Made by a program: the position numbers and the translations under genes. A DNA stretch of 64,000 nucleotides from Aureliella sp. (GTDB lineage Bacteria; Planctomycetota; Planctomycetia; Pirellulales; Pirellulaceae), in NCBI GenBank assembly GCA_963691875.1, contig OY829846.1, positions 2,624,001 through 2,688,000 on the forward strand, read 5' to 3'. Below are positions 37,747 to 48,156 of this stretch, piece after piece. The notes below the pieces were generated by a model. The model saw nothing but the letters and a program-made list of their open reading frames with translations. It did not search any database and was not told where the DNA came from. Position 1 is the first letter of the stretch; the number at the start of each line of letters is the position of its first letter.

Positions 37747-39993
37747 TTACGCCTCATTAGATGCCTGAAGATGCCGAGCCTGACATTCAGCGTCAATCGG
37801 CAAACGAAGCTTGAACGCTGCGCCACACCCAATACCACCGCTATTAACTGTTAGCGAACCACCGACAGCTTCTGCGGCGAGGGCGCTGCTGTGGAGACCG
37901 AATCCGTGCCCTTTTTTGCGAGTCGTAAAACCATGGCCAAAGATGCGAGTCAGATTTTCTTTGGCGATCCCCATTCCATTGTCTTTTACGATAACATGAA
38001 TTGCATCGGCATCCTCTTTGATTCGGATCTCAATTAGCGGCGATTCTACTTCATACTCGATTACCGCATTCTTGGCATTACCGACTAGGTTCACCAGAAT
38101 CTGCAGGACCTTGTGGCGATCGGTGCATACATTTGGAACTTCGTAGAATTCTCGTCGGATTTCCACACAGTTCTTCGACAATCCCTCTTGGTTGAAGCGA
38201 ATTGCTTCATCCATCAGTTCTGTGATCGCTACAGGTTCGCTCGTGGACACCTGCCGCGCATTTTCTTGCTGACCTTGTACCACTTCTTTGATATGGTCAA
38301 CGCTCTTGGCTACACACTGCAATTCATCTTGGTGTAATTTTTGTTCATCTTTTAATGATACGGATAGTTCTCGAATCAAGCTCGGGAGATGTTTACCACG
38401 CCCCTCTGAAACAAACTCTACCAGATTGTCTTCGTGTTGTTCTAGCACTTGGGCGATGCGTTCTACGGTGACGAGTTTGCTTTCACGCCAAGCATTACTC
38501 ATTAGAGTTGTCGAAACATTGATACTGTTGAGGACATTACCAACGTTGTGCAGGACTCCCGTAGCGACCTCGGCCATTCCAGCCTGGCGAGAAAGGCTGA
38601 TCATCTCCTGCGACATCCTTGCCTTCTCGTATTCAGCTTGTTGTTTAGCGGTGATATCGGATCCGATCGCAATAAAGTTGATGACCTCACCCGACTCATC
38701 TCGAATCGGGCGTGATTCGATCGACACCCAATAGTGCTCACCAGCCTTGTTGTAATTCACGATGTCGACATCGAAGCCTTCTTTTCGTCCGATGGCTTCT
38801 TGCATAACCGCAATTGTTTCCGGATCCGTTTCTGGACCCTGCAAGATCACTCCAGGCTTTTGGCCGATGACTTCTGCTAACTCGTAGCCTGAGGTTCTGG
38901 TAAAGCTCTCGTTGACCCACTCGATTTTTCCGTCTGCGTCGGTAACCACAACCAAATTGTCCGTGAATTTGGCGACCAGTGCAGGAATACGATAAGTTTC
39001 GCGGGAGACAGTGGTTTTCTCCAGCTCCGAGAGCATGCTGTTGAACTGATGCTGGAGCTGCTGAAATTCCGCAATGCGTTCGGTACTGACTCTCCTCGTA
39101 AGATCAGCTTTGGCGCGAACGTCCTTGATCGCTTCTAGTAGTGCTTTGAGCTGTCGCGTTGTGAATCCGATTGTGAGTAGCAAACCGAGCAACAAGATGC
39201 TGCTAATCGCGAAGACTGCAAATGCCAATGCGATCCGAACTGCACCCGCTGCCTCGGCTGCAGTGCTGTCCGATTGCCACACGTGCCCCACTAGTCCCGG
39301 TAGCTCTGTGATTTGGAAACTGGATGCAAACCAGCCTTCGGGAATTTGCAGTTTCTGAGCTGCGGAAACCGAATGAAATCTGGAATGGGCCAATACTTCA
39401 TCATCGTACGAAAGCTGGATGGCAAGCTCGGGACTACCAACGACGAGATCGTCGAAGAAGTTGCTTGAGTCATAGACGGTCACCAGTGCGCCTTCCACAG
39501 CAGAGGAATACAGTACTGGCTGCGCGACGATTAGTCCTTCCGAATCAAGCCTGACAAACGTAGCTACATCCACCGACTCGGAAAGCCAACTCTTTAACAC
39601 TTCGAGACGGGGGTCATGCGGCAGCTTCTGAGCAATCGGTGCTCCCTTATAGTCTAGCACTGCAATGTTGTGGACTGGAGTTCCAGGGAAGTCCAGAGAG
39701 CGAATGAAAGGCAGGAGGTCAGATGAGCGATTCTCAGAATTAACAAAGGTGTTGACTACAATATGGTTGTTCGCAATTGCCGCGCAGGCATCAATCGCTT
39801 GACGCAACTTGGTCTGCACGGCCAGCTGAATCCCCTCAGATCTATTATTCACCTGCTCTTGGATCTGATTACTGATCTCCGAATTGACCTTGCGCACAAC
39901 TACGCAGCTGATCAGGATCAACAACGCAAAGGCTGCGGGGACGATCCGAATCAGAATTATCGTTCGAAGAGATGGTGAACGCGTATTCGCCAT
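37747..39993 (-). CDS. Membrane sensor histidine kinase (TM-periplasmic sensor-TM-HAMP-PAS-HisKA-HATPase)
   Basis: PAS motif VVVTDADGKIEWVNESF...LQGPETD, H-box GVLHNVGNVLN, QILVNLVGNA, DNGMGI, GFTTRKKGHGFGLH. Confidence 0.92.
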   Translation of the reverse strand: MANTRSPSLRTIILIRIVPAAFALLILISCVVVRKVNSEISNQIQEQVNNRSEGIQLAVQTKLRQAIDACAAIANNHIVVNTFVNSENRSSDLLPFIRSLDFPGTPVHNIAVLDYKGAPIAQKLPHDPRLEVLKSWLSESVDVATFVRLDSEGLIVAQPVLYSSAVEGALVTVYDSSNFFDDLVVGSPELAIQLSYDDEVLAHSRFHSVSAAQKLQIPEGWFASSFQITELPGLVGHVWQSDSTAAEAAGAVRIALAFAVFAISSILLLGLLLTIGFTTRQLKALLEAIKDVRAKADLTRRVSTERIAEFQQLQHQFNSMLSELEKTTVSRETYRIPALVAKFTDNLVVVTDADGKIEWVNESFTRTSGYELAEVIGQKPGVILQGPETDPETIAVMQEAIGRKEGFDVDIVNYNKAGEHYWVSIESRPIRDESGEVINFIAIGSDITAKQQAEYEKARMSQEMISLSRQAGMAEVATGVLHNVGNVLNSINVSTTLMSNAWRESKLVTVERIAQVLEQHEDNLVEFVSEGRGKHLPSLIRELSVSLKDEQKLHQDELQCVAKSVDHIKEVVQGQQENARQVSTSEPVAITELMDEAIRFNQEGLSKNCVEIRREFYEVPNVCTDRHKVLQILVNLVGNAKNAVIEYEVESPLIEIRIKEDADAIHVIVKDNGMGIAKENLTRIFGHGFTTRKKGHGFGLHSSALAAEAVGGSLTVNSGGIGCGAAFKLRLPIDAECQARHLQASNEA

Positions 39994-40001
39994 CGTTAGC
40001 G

Positions 40002-41342
40002 TCAGTTCTCCAAAGGCACAATAACGCCTTCGCTATCAAAGCGGGCGAGGAAAAAGTCGCTTGCATCCAGTGCATCGTGGTGATTGAAAGGAAACGGGCG
40101 GTCATAGTCACGTATGATTCCGTGGTAGTTCTCAAGTGCTTCAAGGCTCTCCCGCAGCTTCGTTGTTTCTATTGATTGCGAATTGTGAATTGCTAGTGCA
40201 ACCATACGCATCAGCTCGTAGGAGTGCGCCGTGCCGACGGGAGCGAATATCCCGCGAGGACTTTGGCAGTCCTCGTACTTCGCCAGATAGGCTTCGGTCA
40301 ATGCTTGAACTCGCTCCGGATATCTCGGCTGAACGAAGGAGAATGATTGCAGGAACGATAGGTCCACCCCATCGAGATAGTCTTGAGCGAGCTCGAAGAA
40401 GCGGCCGCCTGAGATCCCCCAATGCGACACAACCCGAGGTCGCTGACTGTCGGGCAAGCCGGCCACCGCCTTTACTGCCGCAACTCCTTCGAGCGAGTTG
40501 CATACAAGCAGAATAGTGTCGCAGTCCTTGGCGGCCAATCTTTGCGTAAGCAGACTGAGATTCTTTTCGCCCCAGTTGAACCACTCTTCCCCTACCCGCT
40601 CCAGCCCTTGGTCGGCTAACGCCTCTTTCATTGCCTTCTCGTTCGAACGCCCCCAAGCAGTTCTCTCAAGCATCAGGCCGATTTTCTTTCCACCGCGCTG
40701 TAGAGCGCTACGTACCAAAAACCCACCTGCATATTCATCGCGTACGGACACTCGAAATACATGATTCGGCGAGAAGCCATTCTTGACCACAGGAGTGCCG
40801 GCGGCCCAAGGACAAAAGTAGAGCAAATCATTGGAGTGGATGAACTCCAGTTCGCGAATTGCCACTGGCGTGTGAATACCGCCAAACACTCCGATCAAAT
40901 CTCGCACTTCGGTGAATGCCGCTAGGTTGTCGAGTCCACGGTCAGGATTACCTCGGTGATCACGCACAATCAGTTCGACTGGACGGCCAAGCAAGCCACC
41001 ATCACGATTGATTTCTTCGATCGCAAGCTCCAGCCCTCGCCGAATGGCTTCGCCTGAACGAGCTGAACCGGATGACATGTCAGCGTCGATCCCGATCACC
41101 AAGGAGTTTTCAACCTGCGGAACTGAATAGAAGGGACGCGTAGAAGCCTTGGCATTTACACGGATAGTGCCGGAACTCTTCTCTTCTTGCTCTTCTGGGC
41201 TCTGCGTCTGAGTTTTCCCAGCCTCTTCCGTGTTCTTGCAACCAGCCAGGACAGCCAATGACGTGTAAATCAACAATCCGAGCAGGATGCTGTACTTCCG
41301 GCTAATGCAATGAAAACCGTCGACAAACACATTCACTCTCAT
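40002..41342 (-). CDS. Periplasmic substrate-binding lipoprotein, LivJ/HAAT-like (PBP type 1)
   Basis: Lipobox LAVLAG|C; IRRGLELAIEEINRDGGLLGRPVELIVRDHRGNPDRG, VFGGIHTP, VFRVS. Confidence 0.85.
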   Translation of the reverse strand: MRVNVFVDGFHCISRKYSILLGLLIYTSLAVLAGCKNTEEAGKTQTQSPEEQEEKSSGTIRVNAKASTRPFYSVPQVENSLVIGIDADMSSGSARSGEAIRRGLELAIEEINRDGGLLGRPVELIVRDHRGNPDRGLDNLAAFTEVRDLIGVFGGIHTPVAIRELEFIHSNDLLYFCPWAAGTPVVKNGFSPNHVFRVSVRDEYAGGFLVRSALQRGGKKIGLMLERTAWGRSNEKAMKEALADQGLERVGEEWFNWGEKNLSLLTQRLAAKDCDTILLVCNSLEGVAAVKAVAGLPDSQRPRVVSHWGISGGRFFELAQDYLDGVDLSFLQSFSFVQPRYPERVQALTEAYLAKYEDCQSPRGIFAPVGTAHSYELMRMVALAIHNSQSIETTKLRESLEALENYHGIIRDYDRPFPFNHHDALDASDFFLARFDSEGVIVPLEN

Positions 41343-41352
41343 CTATTCTCTC

Positions 41353-42201
41353 TCAAAATCGATACTGGACGCCTGAGGCGATTCCGAAGTCATCTGCCAA
41401 GTACTGGTTGACACGAAACTCAGTGATCACATGCAAGCCCTCTGCCACGCGCATGCGTACTTGGTGCTCCGTAACGATAGCTGTTGTGTTGTTGTTACTG
41501 TTGTAGTTCAAGTCGAAAAAACCACCCGTTGAGAGTCGCCCGTCGCAAACACTGTCAAATTGCTTGTTCCAATTAAAACTCCACTGGCCGGTATTTTCTA
41601 TTGTTTGCACTGGAAAAAACTTAAAGCCCAATCGAAACTTACCAGCCCACAGCCCCGAGTCAGGTGACCATTTGCTGGTGTCAGGCGCCCAGAACATTCC
41701 GAAACGCCCAATCTCGTTGTCTTGTCCTTGTAAGTCGTTCAATTCTGCAACCACGCCCATGTTGCGCCAAAGCTTACGTTTGAAGTCTAGCTCTAGGAAA
41801 TGACGACTGATGTCCTCGCGATCGGAACTGGTATTGTCTGCGCCTTCCAAGTCGATAAAGCCCCAGAGACTGAACCCAAGTGGAAGCGGTGAGTGCCCCT
41901 GAAAGTGCAGGACGTTGTACCCACGATTATCAAAGTCATACTCGGCAAGGAACCATCGGCCACCCTCCGCCCTGGTAGCCTCGAAAATGTCATCGACGAT
42001 CTCCAAACGACTGGGCTTAGTACACTCCTTGCAAACGTCAACGACGTCGCACGAAGTACAACCGGAGATCGGATTGGCACACCCCGCGTCTTCTGAGTCA
42101 CAGATACTCATCATCGCGCAATTGTCGCGTTGTGCCCGCAATGGCATTGCAAGTGAAGTCCATAATGCAATAACGCAAACAATAGCCACAATGTTCCGCA
42201 T
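41353..42201 (-). CDS. Putative outer-membrane beta-barrel channel (Tsx/OmpK-like) with a Cys-rich N-terminus
   Basis: Signal peptide, alternating aromatic strands (FSLWGFIDLE, LSTGGFFDLNY), C-terminal beta-signal GVQYRF. Confidence 0.6.
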   Translation of the reverse strand: MRNIVAIVCVIALWTSLAMPLRAQRDNCAMMSICDSEDAGCANPISGCTSCDVVDVCKECTKPSRLEIVDDIFEATRAEGGRWFLAEYDFDNRGYNVLHFQGHSPLPLGFSLWGFIDLEGADNTSSDREDISRHFLELDFKRKLWRNMGVVAELNDLQGQDNEIGRFGMFWAPDTSKWSPDSGLWAGKFRLGFKFFPVQTIENTGQWSFNWNKQFDSVCDGRLSTGGFFDLNYNSNNNTTAIVTEHQVRMRVAEGLHVITEFRVNQYLADDFGIASGVQYRF

Positions 42202-42395
42202 CGTTCTTCCCTGTTCCGGTCTTAGAAATTAGGACATCAATAACTCAGTCGGGCTGCCAAACTGGTGTCTGAGCGGGCTTGAATGCAAAGAAGGGGAAAC
42301 CCTCATGGACGTGGCGGAGAACACAGTAGTGAATACCAATCCACGCGACGACCTTGCGTCAAAACAAGTGATCATCAAGCGTCACATGGGACACG

Positions 42396-42411
42396 CACGC
42401 CCTAGGGCGTG
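42396..42411. promoter_or_regulatory. 16-bp perfect palindrome, candidate operator
   Basis: CACGCCCTAGGGCGTG, about 195 nt upstream of the outer-membrane gene. Confidence 0.35.
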
Positions 42412-42513
42412 ATCTACGCCGTGCCTCGGATGGGCAGAAACGTCACCTTCAGGACTTCAGATGGCAGCACAAAAGACTTCTAAAACTACCGCGTCCTAAT
42501 CCCCACATAGAAA

Positions 42514-42545
42514 GAGGTGCTGGAGTCATCGGACAACAGCACCTC
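42514..42545 (-). terminator. Probable intrinsic terminator of the act/cox operon
   Basis: 9-bp stem GAGGTGCTG/CAGCACCTC followed by TTTCTATGT on the minus strand, about 30 nt after the subunit IV stop. Confidence 0.65.
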
Positions 42546-42573
42546 GCTTGTGTTTTTAGATTGGCTAGTTGGC

Positions 42574-43026
42574 TCAAGTAATTTCGCCGCCACCTTCGCC
42601 GTCAGATGGAGCCTCGTTCCCAGCTTCAGCAGAGGGGTCAGCTGGTGCCACTGCTCGCTGGGAATCAAGTACTTTCAACTCAATTTTGTCCTGGTAGCCG
42701 CTACCGTGCGCGTCCATCAGAGTGAAGCCGAGAAATAGCGCCACAAAGATGAACGAACTAAGGAAAAAGATCGCGTTCAGCGGCTTGTCGTGAATCATGT
42801 GCATGAAGAACAAGATGACAAGACTCGCCTTGATTGTCGCAATCACGAGCGACGCGACCAGTTCCATGCTGCCCAGGTCCAAGGTGGCTTGGTAGACAGT
42901 AGCAATGGTCAAAATGATCAACGCGAAAAATACGGCAAGCAACTGCCAAACCGGCATGGGATGGGCGAACCCATGTCCATGACCGCCCGAAGCGTTTGAA
43001 TCTGATGAAGCTGCGTGTTCCGACAT
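42574..43026 (-). CDS. Cytochrome c oxidase subunit IV family protein
   Basis: Three TM helices, IATIKASLVILFFMHM; last gene of the cox cluster. Confidence 0.88.
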   Translation of the reverse strand: MSEHAASSDSNASGGHGHGFAHPMPVWQLLAVFFALIILTIATVYQATLDLGSMELVASLVIATIKASLVILFFMHMIHDKPLNAIFFLSSFIFVALFLGFTLMDAHGSGYQDKIELKVLDSQRAVAPADPSAEAGNEAPSDGEGGGEIT

Positions 43027-43074
43027 TCTATTCTTCTTATCTTCCTGGGAAAGCGAAGGCTCTCAGGTGACTTT

Positions 43075-44199
43075 CTACTTGATCAAGTAAAGCAGCGGGA
43101 ATAGGTAAATCCAAATCAAATCGACGATGTGCCAATAGAGTCCAACGTAGTCGACCGGCCCAAAATACTGTTCGTTAAAGTGATCGCGAGTGGCTCGAAC
43201 GAGAAGCCAAGTGAGTACGATCATCCCGCCAATGATGTGAATAGCATGCACACCGGTCATGCAGTAGTAAATACTGAAAAACAGGCCGGCTCCACCACGC
43301 TGATCGATCTCTTTATCCGTGGCAGCGCCGGGCTTGTGTGCCGGTGCCATACCATCTGCTTCGGTCGAAACAAAGACTACTTTTGCATCTCCAGGAAGTA
43401 CGCTGTGCTTCCCATCTTTGCCTTCGTGAGCGTCATTATGTCCGGGCTCGCCTTCTTCGCCTTCGTGGGCATCGCCAGAATGTTCCTGCCCATGTCCATC
43501 GGTGTGCTGCTCAGAGTGTACACCTGGACCGTGATATTCACTGTGCTCTTCGCCACTCTCGAGGAACAAGCCAAGGCCCACTCCAACAAAGTAGCAAAGA
43601 GCGGTCACCAAGAGCGGACCGGCCACTTCGGAGTTCTCTTTTTCACCCTTCACAATGGTCATGGCGTACCAAATACCAAAACCGACAACGCAAACCGCGG
43701 GTATAGCACTCAGAACGTATAGCCACTGTGAAATTCCGTGATGCACTGCTGCAGGAAGGAACTGAGACTCGTACGTTCCGGCAGGGAGTAGCCCGAGTTC
43801 CCACTTGTGCGTGTACTCAATGGCTTTGACGCCCAGGAAGATCGAAGCACAACCGAGTGTGGCCGCTAGGGAAACAATGAGGCCTGTTCTTTGTCGCATT
43901 TGTGCACAACGCACTCCCCAGGCCATGGTCAGGCTGCTAAATAGCAATACACCGGTGTTAATTGCACCGAGCGTCGAATTCAGAAACTGACTAGCAAAAG
44001 TCCATACTTCTGGATGAATACTTCGGTACAGGGCGTAGGCACAAAACATCCCGCTGAAGAACAGAATTTCCGTGACTAGAAATAGCCACATACCAAGTTT
44101 GCCCGAGTCGTACTGCTGCTCAGGGTCATCGAAGTGGTGTGCCAAAAAAGGCGGGTGATCATGATCGTGTCCATCACCGTGTACCGCTGTTTCTGACAT
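43075..44199 (-). CDS. coxC: Cytochrome c oxidase subunit III with a His-rich insertion
   Basis: KLGMWLFLVTEILFFSGMF, NTGVLLFSS, FFSIYYCMTGVHAIH, GLYWHIVDLIWIYLFPLLY. Confidence 0.9.
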   Translation of the reverse strand: MSETAVHGDGHDHDHPPFLAHHFDDPEQQYDSGKLGMWLFLVTEILFFSGMFCAYALYRSIHPEVWTFASQFLNSTLGAINTGVLLFSSLTMAWGVRCAQMRQRTGLIVSLAATLGCASIFLGVKAIEYTHKWELGLLPAGTYESQFLPAAVHHGISQWLYVLSAIPAVCVVGFGIWYAMTIVKGEKENSEVAGPLLVTALCYFVGVGLGLFLESGEEHSEYHGPGVHSEQHTDGHGQEHSGDAHEGEEGEPGHNDAHEGKDGKHSVLPGDAKVVFVSTEADGMAPAHKPGAATDKEIDQRGGAGLFFSIYYCMTGVHAIHIIGGMIVLTWLLVRATRDHFNEQYFGPVDYVGLYWHIVDLIWIYLFPLLYLIK

Positions 44200-44242
44200 A
44201 TTCTTTTTCTCGTATCGTTTCGGACCGCGACAGGCCTAATGA

Positions 44243-45952
44243 CTAGCTCTGGGCTGGCTCAGGTTCAGCTTGTGGCACTTTCGGTGCTTCAGGGTGAACA
44301 TACTCCCAGCCCCGATCCCCATCGCGATAAACCAATGGTTTGTAGTTGTAAGGGTCGTTGACCGTTGGTGGTTCCAAGAAGTTGTAGTATGGCGGCGGCG
44401 AAGTGCACTGCCACTCCAATGTTGCCCCGCCCCATGGGTTCGGTGGAGCCTTTTTACCAGCCATCAAAGAATGGATGAATACTCCCAAGGCTACAAACAG
44501 ACCAAAACCCAGCAAGAATGCACCATAAGATGACATCTGATGCAACTCTTGGAACTCAGCCACATATTGTGCGTACCGACGAGGCATACCGCGACTACCC
44601 AAGACAAACTGTGGGAGGAAGGTTAGGTTGAAGCCCAAGAAGACCAGCAAGCATGAAACCTTGCCCCACGTCTCGCTGAACATCTTACCCGTCATTTTTG
44701 GCCACCAGTGGAACACACCTCCAAGGAAGCCGACTAAGGTCCCACCCACCATAACGTAGTGGAAGTGAGCCACAACGAAATAAGTATCGTGCAGGGGTCG
44801 ATCAGTCGAAAGCGCTCCCAACCAAAGTCCGGTCAAACCACCGATGGTGAACAAGAAGATGAAGTTTAGAGCATAACACATGGCTGTGTTCAGCTGAACT
44901 GTCCCCTTATACATCGTCGCCAACCAGTTAAAGACTTTGATAGCCGACGGAATCGAAACCGTAAAGGTCAGGGCACTAAAGATGATTGTAGTGACGTTCG
45001 CCATTCCGCTGGTGAACATGTGATGCCCCCAGACCAAGAAGCCGAATAGAGCGATCGCGACCGAACTATAAGCGACAAAGCGATAGCCAAAAATCGACTT
45101 GTGACTATGGACGCTCATCAACTCTGAGATGATTCCCATCCCAGGCAGAATCATGATGTAAACGGCTGGGTGTGAGTAAAACCAGAAAAAGTGCTGATAG
45201 GTGACTGGGTCACCGTTGTAGGCTGGGTCGAAAATACCGATGTGCAAGATCCGCTCTGCGGCAAGCAATAAGACTGTAATACCAAGAACTGGTGTGGCTA
45301 AAACCTGAATGATCGAAGTGGCATATGTCGCCCACAGGAACAACGGCATCTTGAACCATTCCATTCCCGGGGGACGCATCGTATTAATCGTTACGATAAA
45401 GTTCAGCCCTGTGAAGATCGAACTAAACCCAAGGATAAAGACGCCCATCGTGGCGGCAACAACCGGCCCCTGAGTGGTCGTGCTGTAAGGGGTGTAGAAA
45501 GTCCAACCCGTATCTAGCCCGGTGAATAGCATGGCCGCCAAGAAGAAGATAGCTCCGCTAACCCATAGGTAGAAACTAGCTAGGTTTAGACGCGGGAAAG
45601 CCACATCCTTTGCCCCCAACATGACTGGAACCAAGAAGTTTCCAAGTGCGGCGGGAACACTGGGGATGATAAACAAAAACACCATGATCGCCCCGTGAAG
45701 GGTGAACACCTGGTTGTACTGCGCATTTGACAAATACGTGTTCGTCGGCGTCATCAGCTCCAAACGAATCAAAAGCGCCAACATACCTGCTATAAAGAAG
45801 GCGGACATCACGCCAACCAGATACATCAGGCCAATCCGCTTGTGATCCAGCGTCAAAGCCCAACTGAGGAACCCCTTAGTGTTAAACAAGAAATTCTCGC
45901 GTGCTTCTCGCTCTTCTTGCGGAAGAGCCGACAGGTCAGCTATTTCGCTCAT
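44243..45952 (-). CDS. coxA: Cytochrome c oxidase subunit I, A2-type
   Basis: [30 protein letters not shown] (YS motif of the A2 family), [24 protein letters not shown]. Confidence 0.97.
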   Translation of the reverse strand: MSEIADLSALPQEEREARENFLFNTKGFLSWALTLDHKRIGLMYLVGVMSAFFIAGMLALLIRLELMTPTNTYLSNAQYNQVFTLHGAIMVFLFIIPSVPAALGNFLVPVMLGAKDVAFPRLNLASFYLWVSGAIFFLAAMLFTGLDTGWTFYTPYSTTTQGPVVAATMGVFILGFSSIFTGLNFIVTINTMRPPGMEWFKMPLFLWATYATSIIQVLATPVLGITVLLLAAERILHIGIFDPAYNGDPVTYQHFFWFYSHPAVYIMILPGMGIISELMSVHSHKSIFGYRFVAYSSVAIALFGFLVWGHHMFTSGMANVTTIIFSALTFTVSIPSAIKVFNWLATMYKGTVQLNTAMCYALNFIFLFTIGGLTGLWLGALSTDRPLHDTYFVVAHFHYVMVGGTLVGFLGGVFHWWPKMTGKMFSETWGKVSCLLVFLGFNLTFLPQFVLGSRGMPRRYAQYVAEFQELHQMSSYGAFLLGFGLFVALGVFIHSLMAGKKAPPNPWGGATLEWQCTSPPPYYNFLEPPTVNDPYNYKPLVYRDGDRGWEYVHPEAPKVPQAEPEPAQS

Positions 45953-46002
45953 CGATCAAATCCTCTTCGGGCAAGCCGAAATGGGGTAAAACTATTCGTA
46001 GA

Positions 46003-47136
46003 CTACTTGTTTGGTTCGGCTGGCGTCCCGCCGGCAGGGTCACCCTCGCCAACGCTCGCACCACCCATCGCTTCGGCCGCTACATCATCATCAGAGATGC
46101 CGTAGCTCTTCGCTTCTTCAGGCGTCAGCCCGTCTTCGTCGGAAACGAGCTTGATGAACTCTTCGTTCTTCATTTCCTTCATGAATGCCGTCAGTGACAT
46201 GACTTCTTCCAGGCTGAGTTGACCCTCAAAGGATGGCATTTGCGAGGCTTTCTCGTAGCCCGAGCGGAACTTAGCCTGAGGTTTGTAAATCGACTCCTGC
46301 ACGTACTGATCATCGAATTCTATCGACTCGCCGGTCGATAGCTGCACTGTCTCTCCCCAACTACCTTGGAAGCTCGGCCCGACAATCTTCTTGCCGTCCA
46401 ACGAGTGACAAGCCTTACATCCACGGTTTTTGTAGAGCCAGTAACCGTGGTAGACAGGATGCGATGGTGGCTTAGCAAGCTCAGCAAGCTTTGTTTTGTA
46501 GGCTTCCATGTCCAGGACATGAACCCCTTGTTTCTTGATCATCTCGCTGTGTTTGTCACCACAGTATTCAGCACAAAACAGGTCGAAATTACCTTCCATA
46601 ATAGGTCGGAACCACATCGTAGTCACACGTCCAGGAACCACGTCACTCTTCGCTCGAAACGATGGTACGTAGAAGGCGTGTAACACGTCAATCGAACGCA
46701 TGCGGAGACGAATGTTCTGTTCGTTGGGAATAAAAAGCTCATCCGAAATCGCCCCGTTAGGATACTGGAATTGCCAGTCCCACTTTTGTGCGGTGACATT
46801 GATATCAATCGTATCACCCGCAGGAGGCGTCATCATGTCCATGTATCCATAAACGCCCCGAGCGAAAATCCAAATCACAACAATCGTCGGAATGACCGTC
46901 CAGGTAATCTCCAGTGCATTACTATGCAGGGCGGAAGAGTCACCACGATAGCCGGGTCGGCGACGGAACTTTATCGCGAAGTAGACCATCGCTGCTACGA
47001 TCAGCACGAAAAAGACAACGGAGATCCACATAATGGCCATGAAGAACGAATCCGTCTCCTCCGCAAAGGTGGATGCCTTCGGAGGAAACCAAAACGTTTC
47101 GTTGATATCGCCAAGTAAATTGGGTAGAGATCTCAT
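46003..47136 (-). CDS. coxB: Cytochrome c oxidase subunit II with fused cytochrome c (caa3 type)
   Basis: LEITWTVIP, DVLHAF, CuA motif CAEYCGDKHSEM, C-terminal CKACH...MP. Confidence 0.95.
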   Translation of the reverse strand: MRSLPNLLGDINETFWFPPKASTFAEETDSFFMAIMWISVVFFVLIVAAMVYFAIKFRRRPGYRGDSSALHSNALEITWTVIPTIVVIWIFARGVYGYMDMMTPPAGDTIDINVTAQKWDWQFQYPNGAISDELFIPNEQNIRLRMRSIDVLHAFYVPSFRAKSDVVPGRVTTMWFRPIMEGNFDLFCAEYCGDKHSEMIKKQGVHVLDMEAYKTKLAELAKPPSHPVYHGYWLYKNRGCKACHSLDGKKIVGPSFQGSWGETVQLSTGESIEFDDQYVQESIYKPQAKFRSGYEKASQMPSFEGQLSLEEVMSLTAFMKEMKNEEFIKLVSDEDGLTPEEAKSYGISDDDVAAEAMGGASVGEGDPAGGTPAEPNK

Positions 47137-47144
47137 GGATGTGG

Positions 47145-48116
47145 TTACTCAGTTCGTTCCCGACAGTCTAAAAGTTTTCTGTTCGCCGAATCAGTTGTGT
47201 CTGCTGAACCGTCGAATGATTTGTTTTTCGCCTCAGACGATGAGCCTGAGCGTATTCTTCCGCGAAACCAGAATGGCGCTGTGGTTCCCAAAAGTAGCAT
47301 GCAGAATGCAGCACCACCGAAGGCAAGCATGCGACGAGCACTCGCGGAATAGCGATTTGCATCCGGGTCATACAGGAAACACATCTGGATAAATGCGTCC
47401 GCAATGGAGAAGGTTAAAGTGCCTTCGTCTGCTTCGGCAATTGCCAACTGGAATTGCTGAGGCTCAACGCCTAGCGACAGAAGATAACGGCAGATTCGTC
47501 CCTCTGGACTGATAAAGTAAGTCACTGCAGGATGATTGTAACGCTTGTTATCGTAATCCCAGCCGTACTTAAAACCTACTGCGTCCGCAACTTTGGAAAT
47601 CGATTCCTGGTCGCCTGTCAAAAAATGCCAGGCCTTATGTGCTTCAGGATTGCGTAGATCCATAGCATACTTAACTTTTGTTTTGGCCGCCCTGTGATGA
47701 TCTTCATTCGGATCGATGCTAATTGTGACAATCTCGTACGTTTCGCCCATCCCACGGGCATTTATCTCTCGCAAGGTTGCCGTGAGATTGTCCAATTGAG
47801 CAATGCACAGTCCGGGGCAATCCGAATAATTCAGTGTTAAAACAATTGGTTTGCCACGTTTGAAGTACTTGCCAAGCCCAACTCGGTTCCCCCTGTCATC
47901 GGTGAAGATGGGATCGAAAGGAACAAATTTGCCGACCATGTCGACTACGTCAATCGCCCGAGCATTGTAAGGGAGTTGGCCGATCGCCTTGGCTGCAATG
48001 CTCTCCGCTGCCTCTTCCGCTCGACCAAAAGTCGTTGCAAAAGACAGCGCAGAGACAGCCAAAAACATGCAGAAGCAAGCTAGTTGGGCGTTCGATCTAC
48101 GACTGGAGTGCAACAT
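47145..48116 (-). CDS. SCO family copper chaperone
   Basis: YSDCPGLC (CxxxC), ISIDP, WHFLTG, HPA. Probable start 48116. Confidence 0.9.
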   Translation of the reverse strand: MLHSSRRSNAQLACFCMFLAVSALSFATTFGRAEEAAESIAAKAIGQLPYNARAIDVVDMVGKFVPFDPIFTDDRGNRVGLGKYFKRGKPIVLTLNYSDCPGLCIAQLDNLTATLREINARGMGETYEIVTISIDPNEDHHRAAKTKVKYAMDLRNPEAHKAWHFLTGDQESISKVADAVGFKYGWDYDNKRYNHPAVTYFISPEGRICRYLLSLGVEPQQFQLAIAEADEGTLTFSIADAFIQMCFLYDPDANRYSASARRMLAFGGAAFCMLLLGTTAPFWFRGRIRSGSSSEAKNKSFDGSADTTDSANRKLLDCRERTE

Positions 48117-48156
48117 TCGATCTTTGACTTTTCCACTCACCTGATGACTAAATTCT

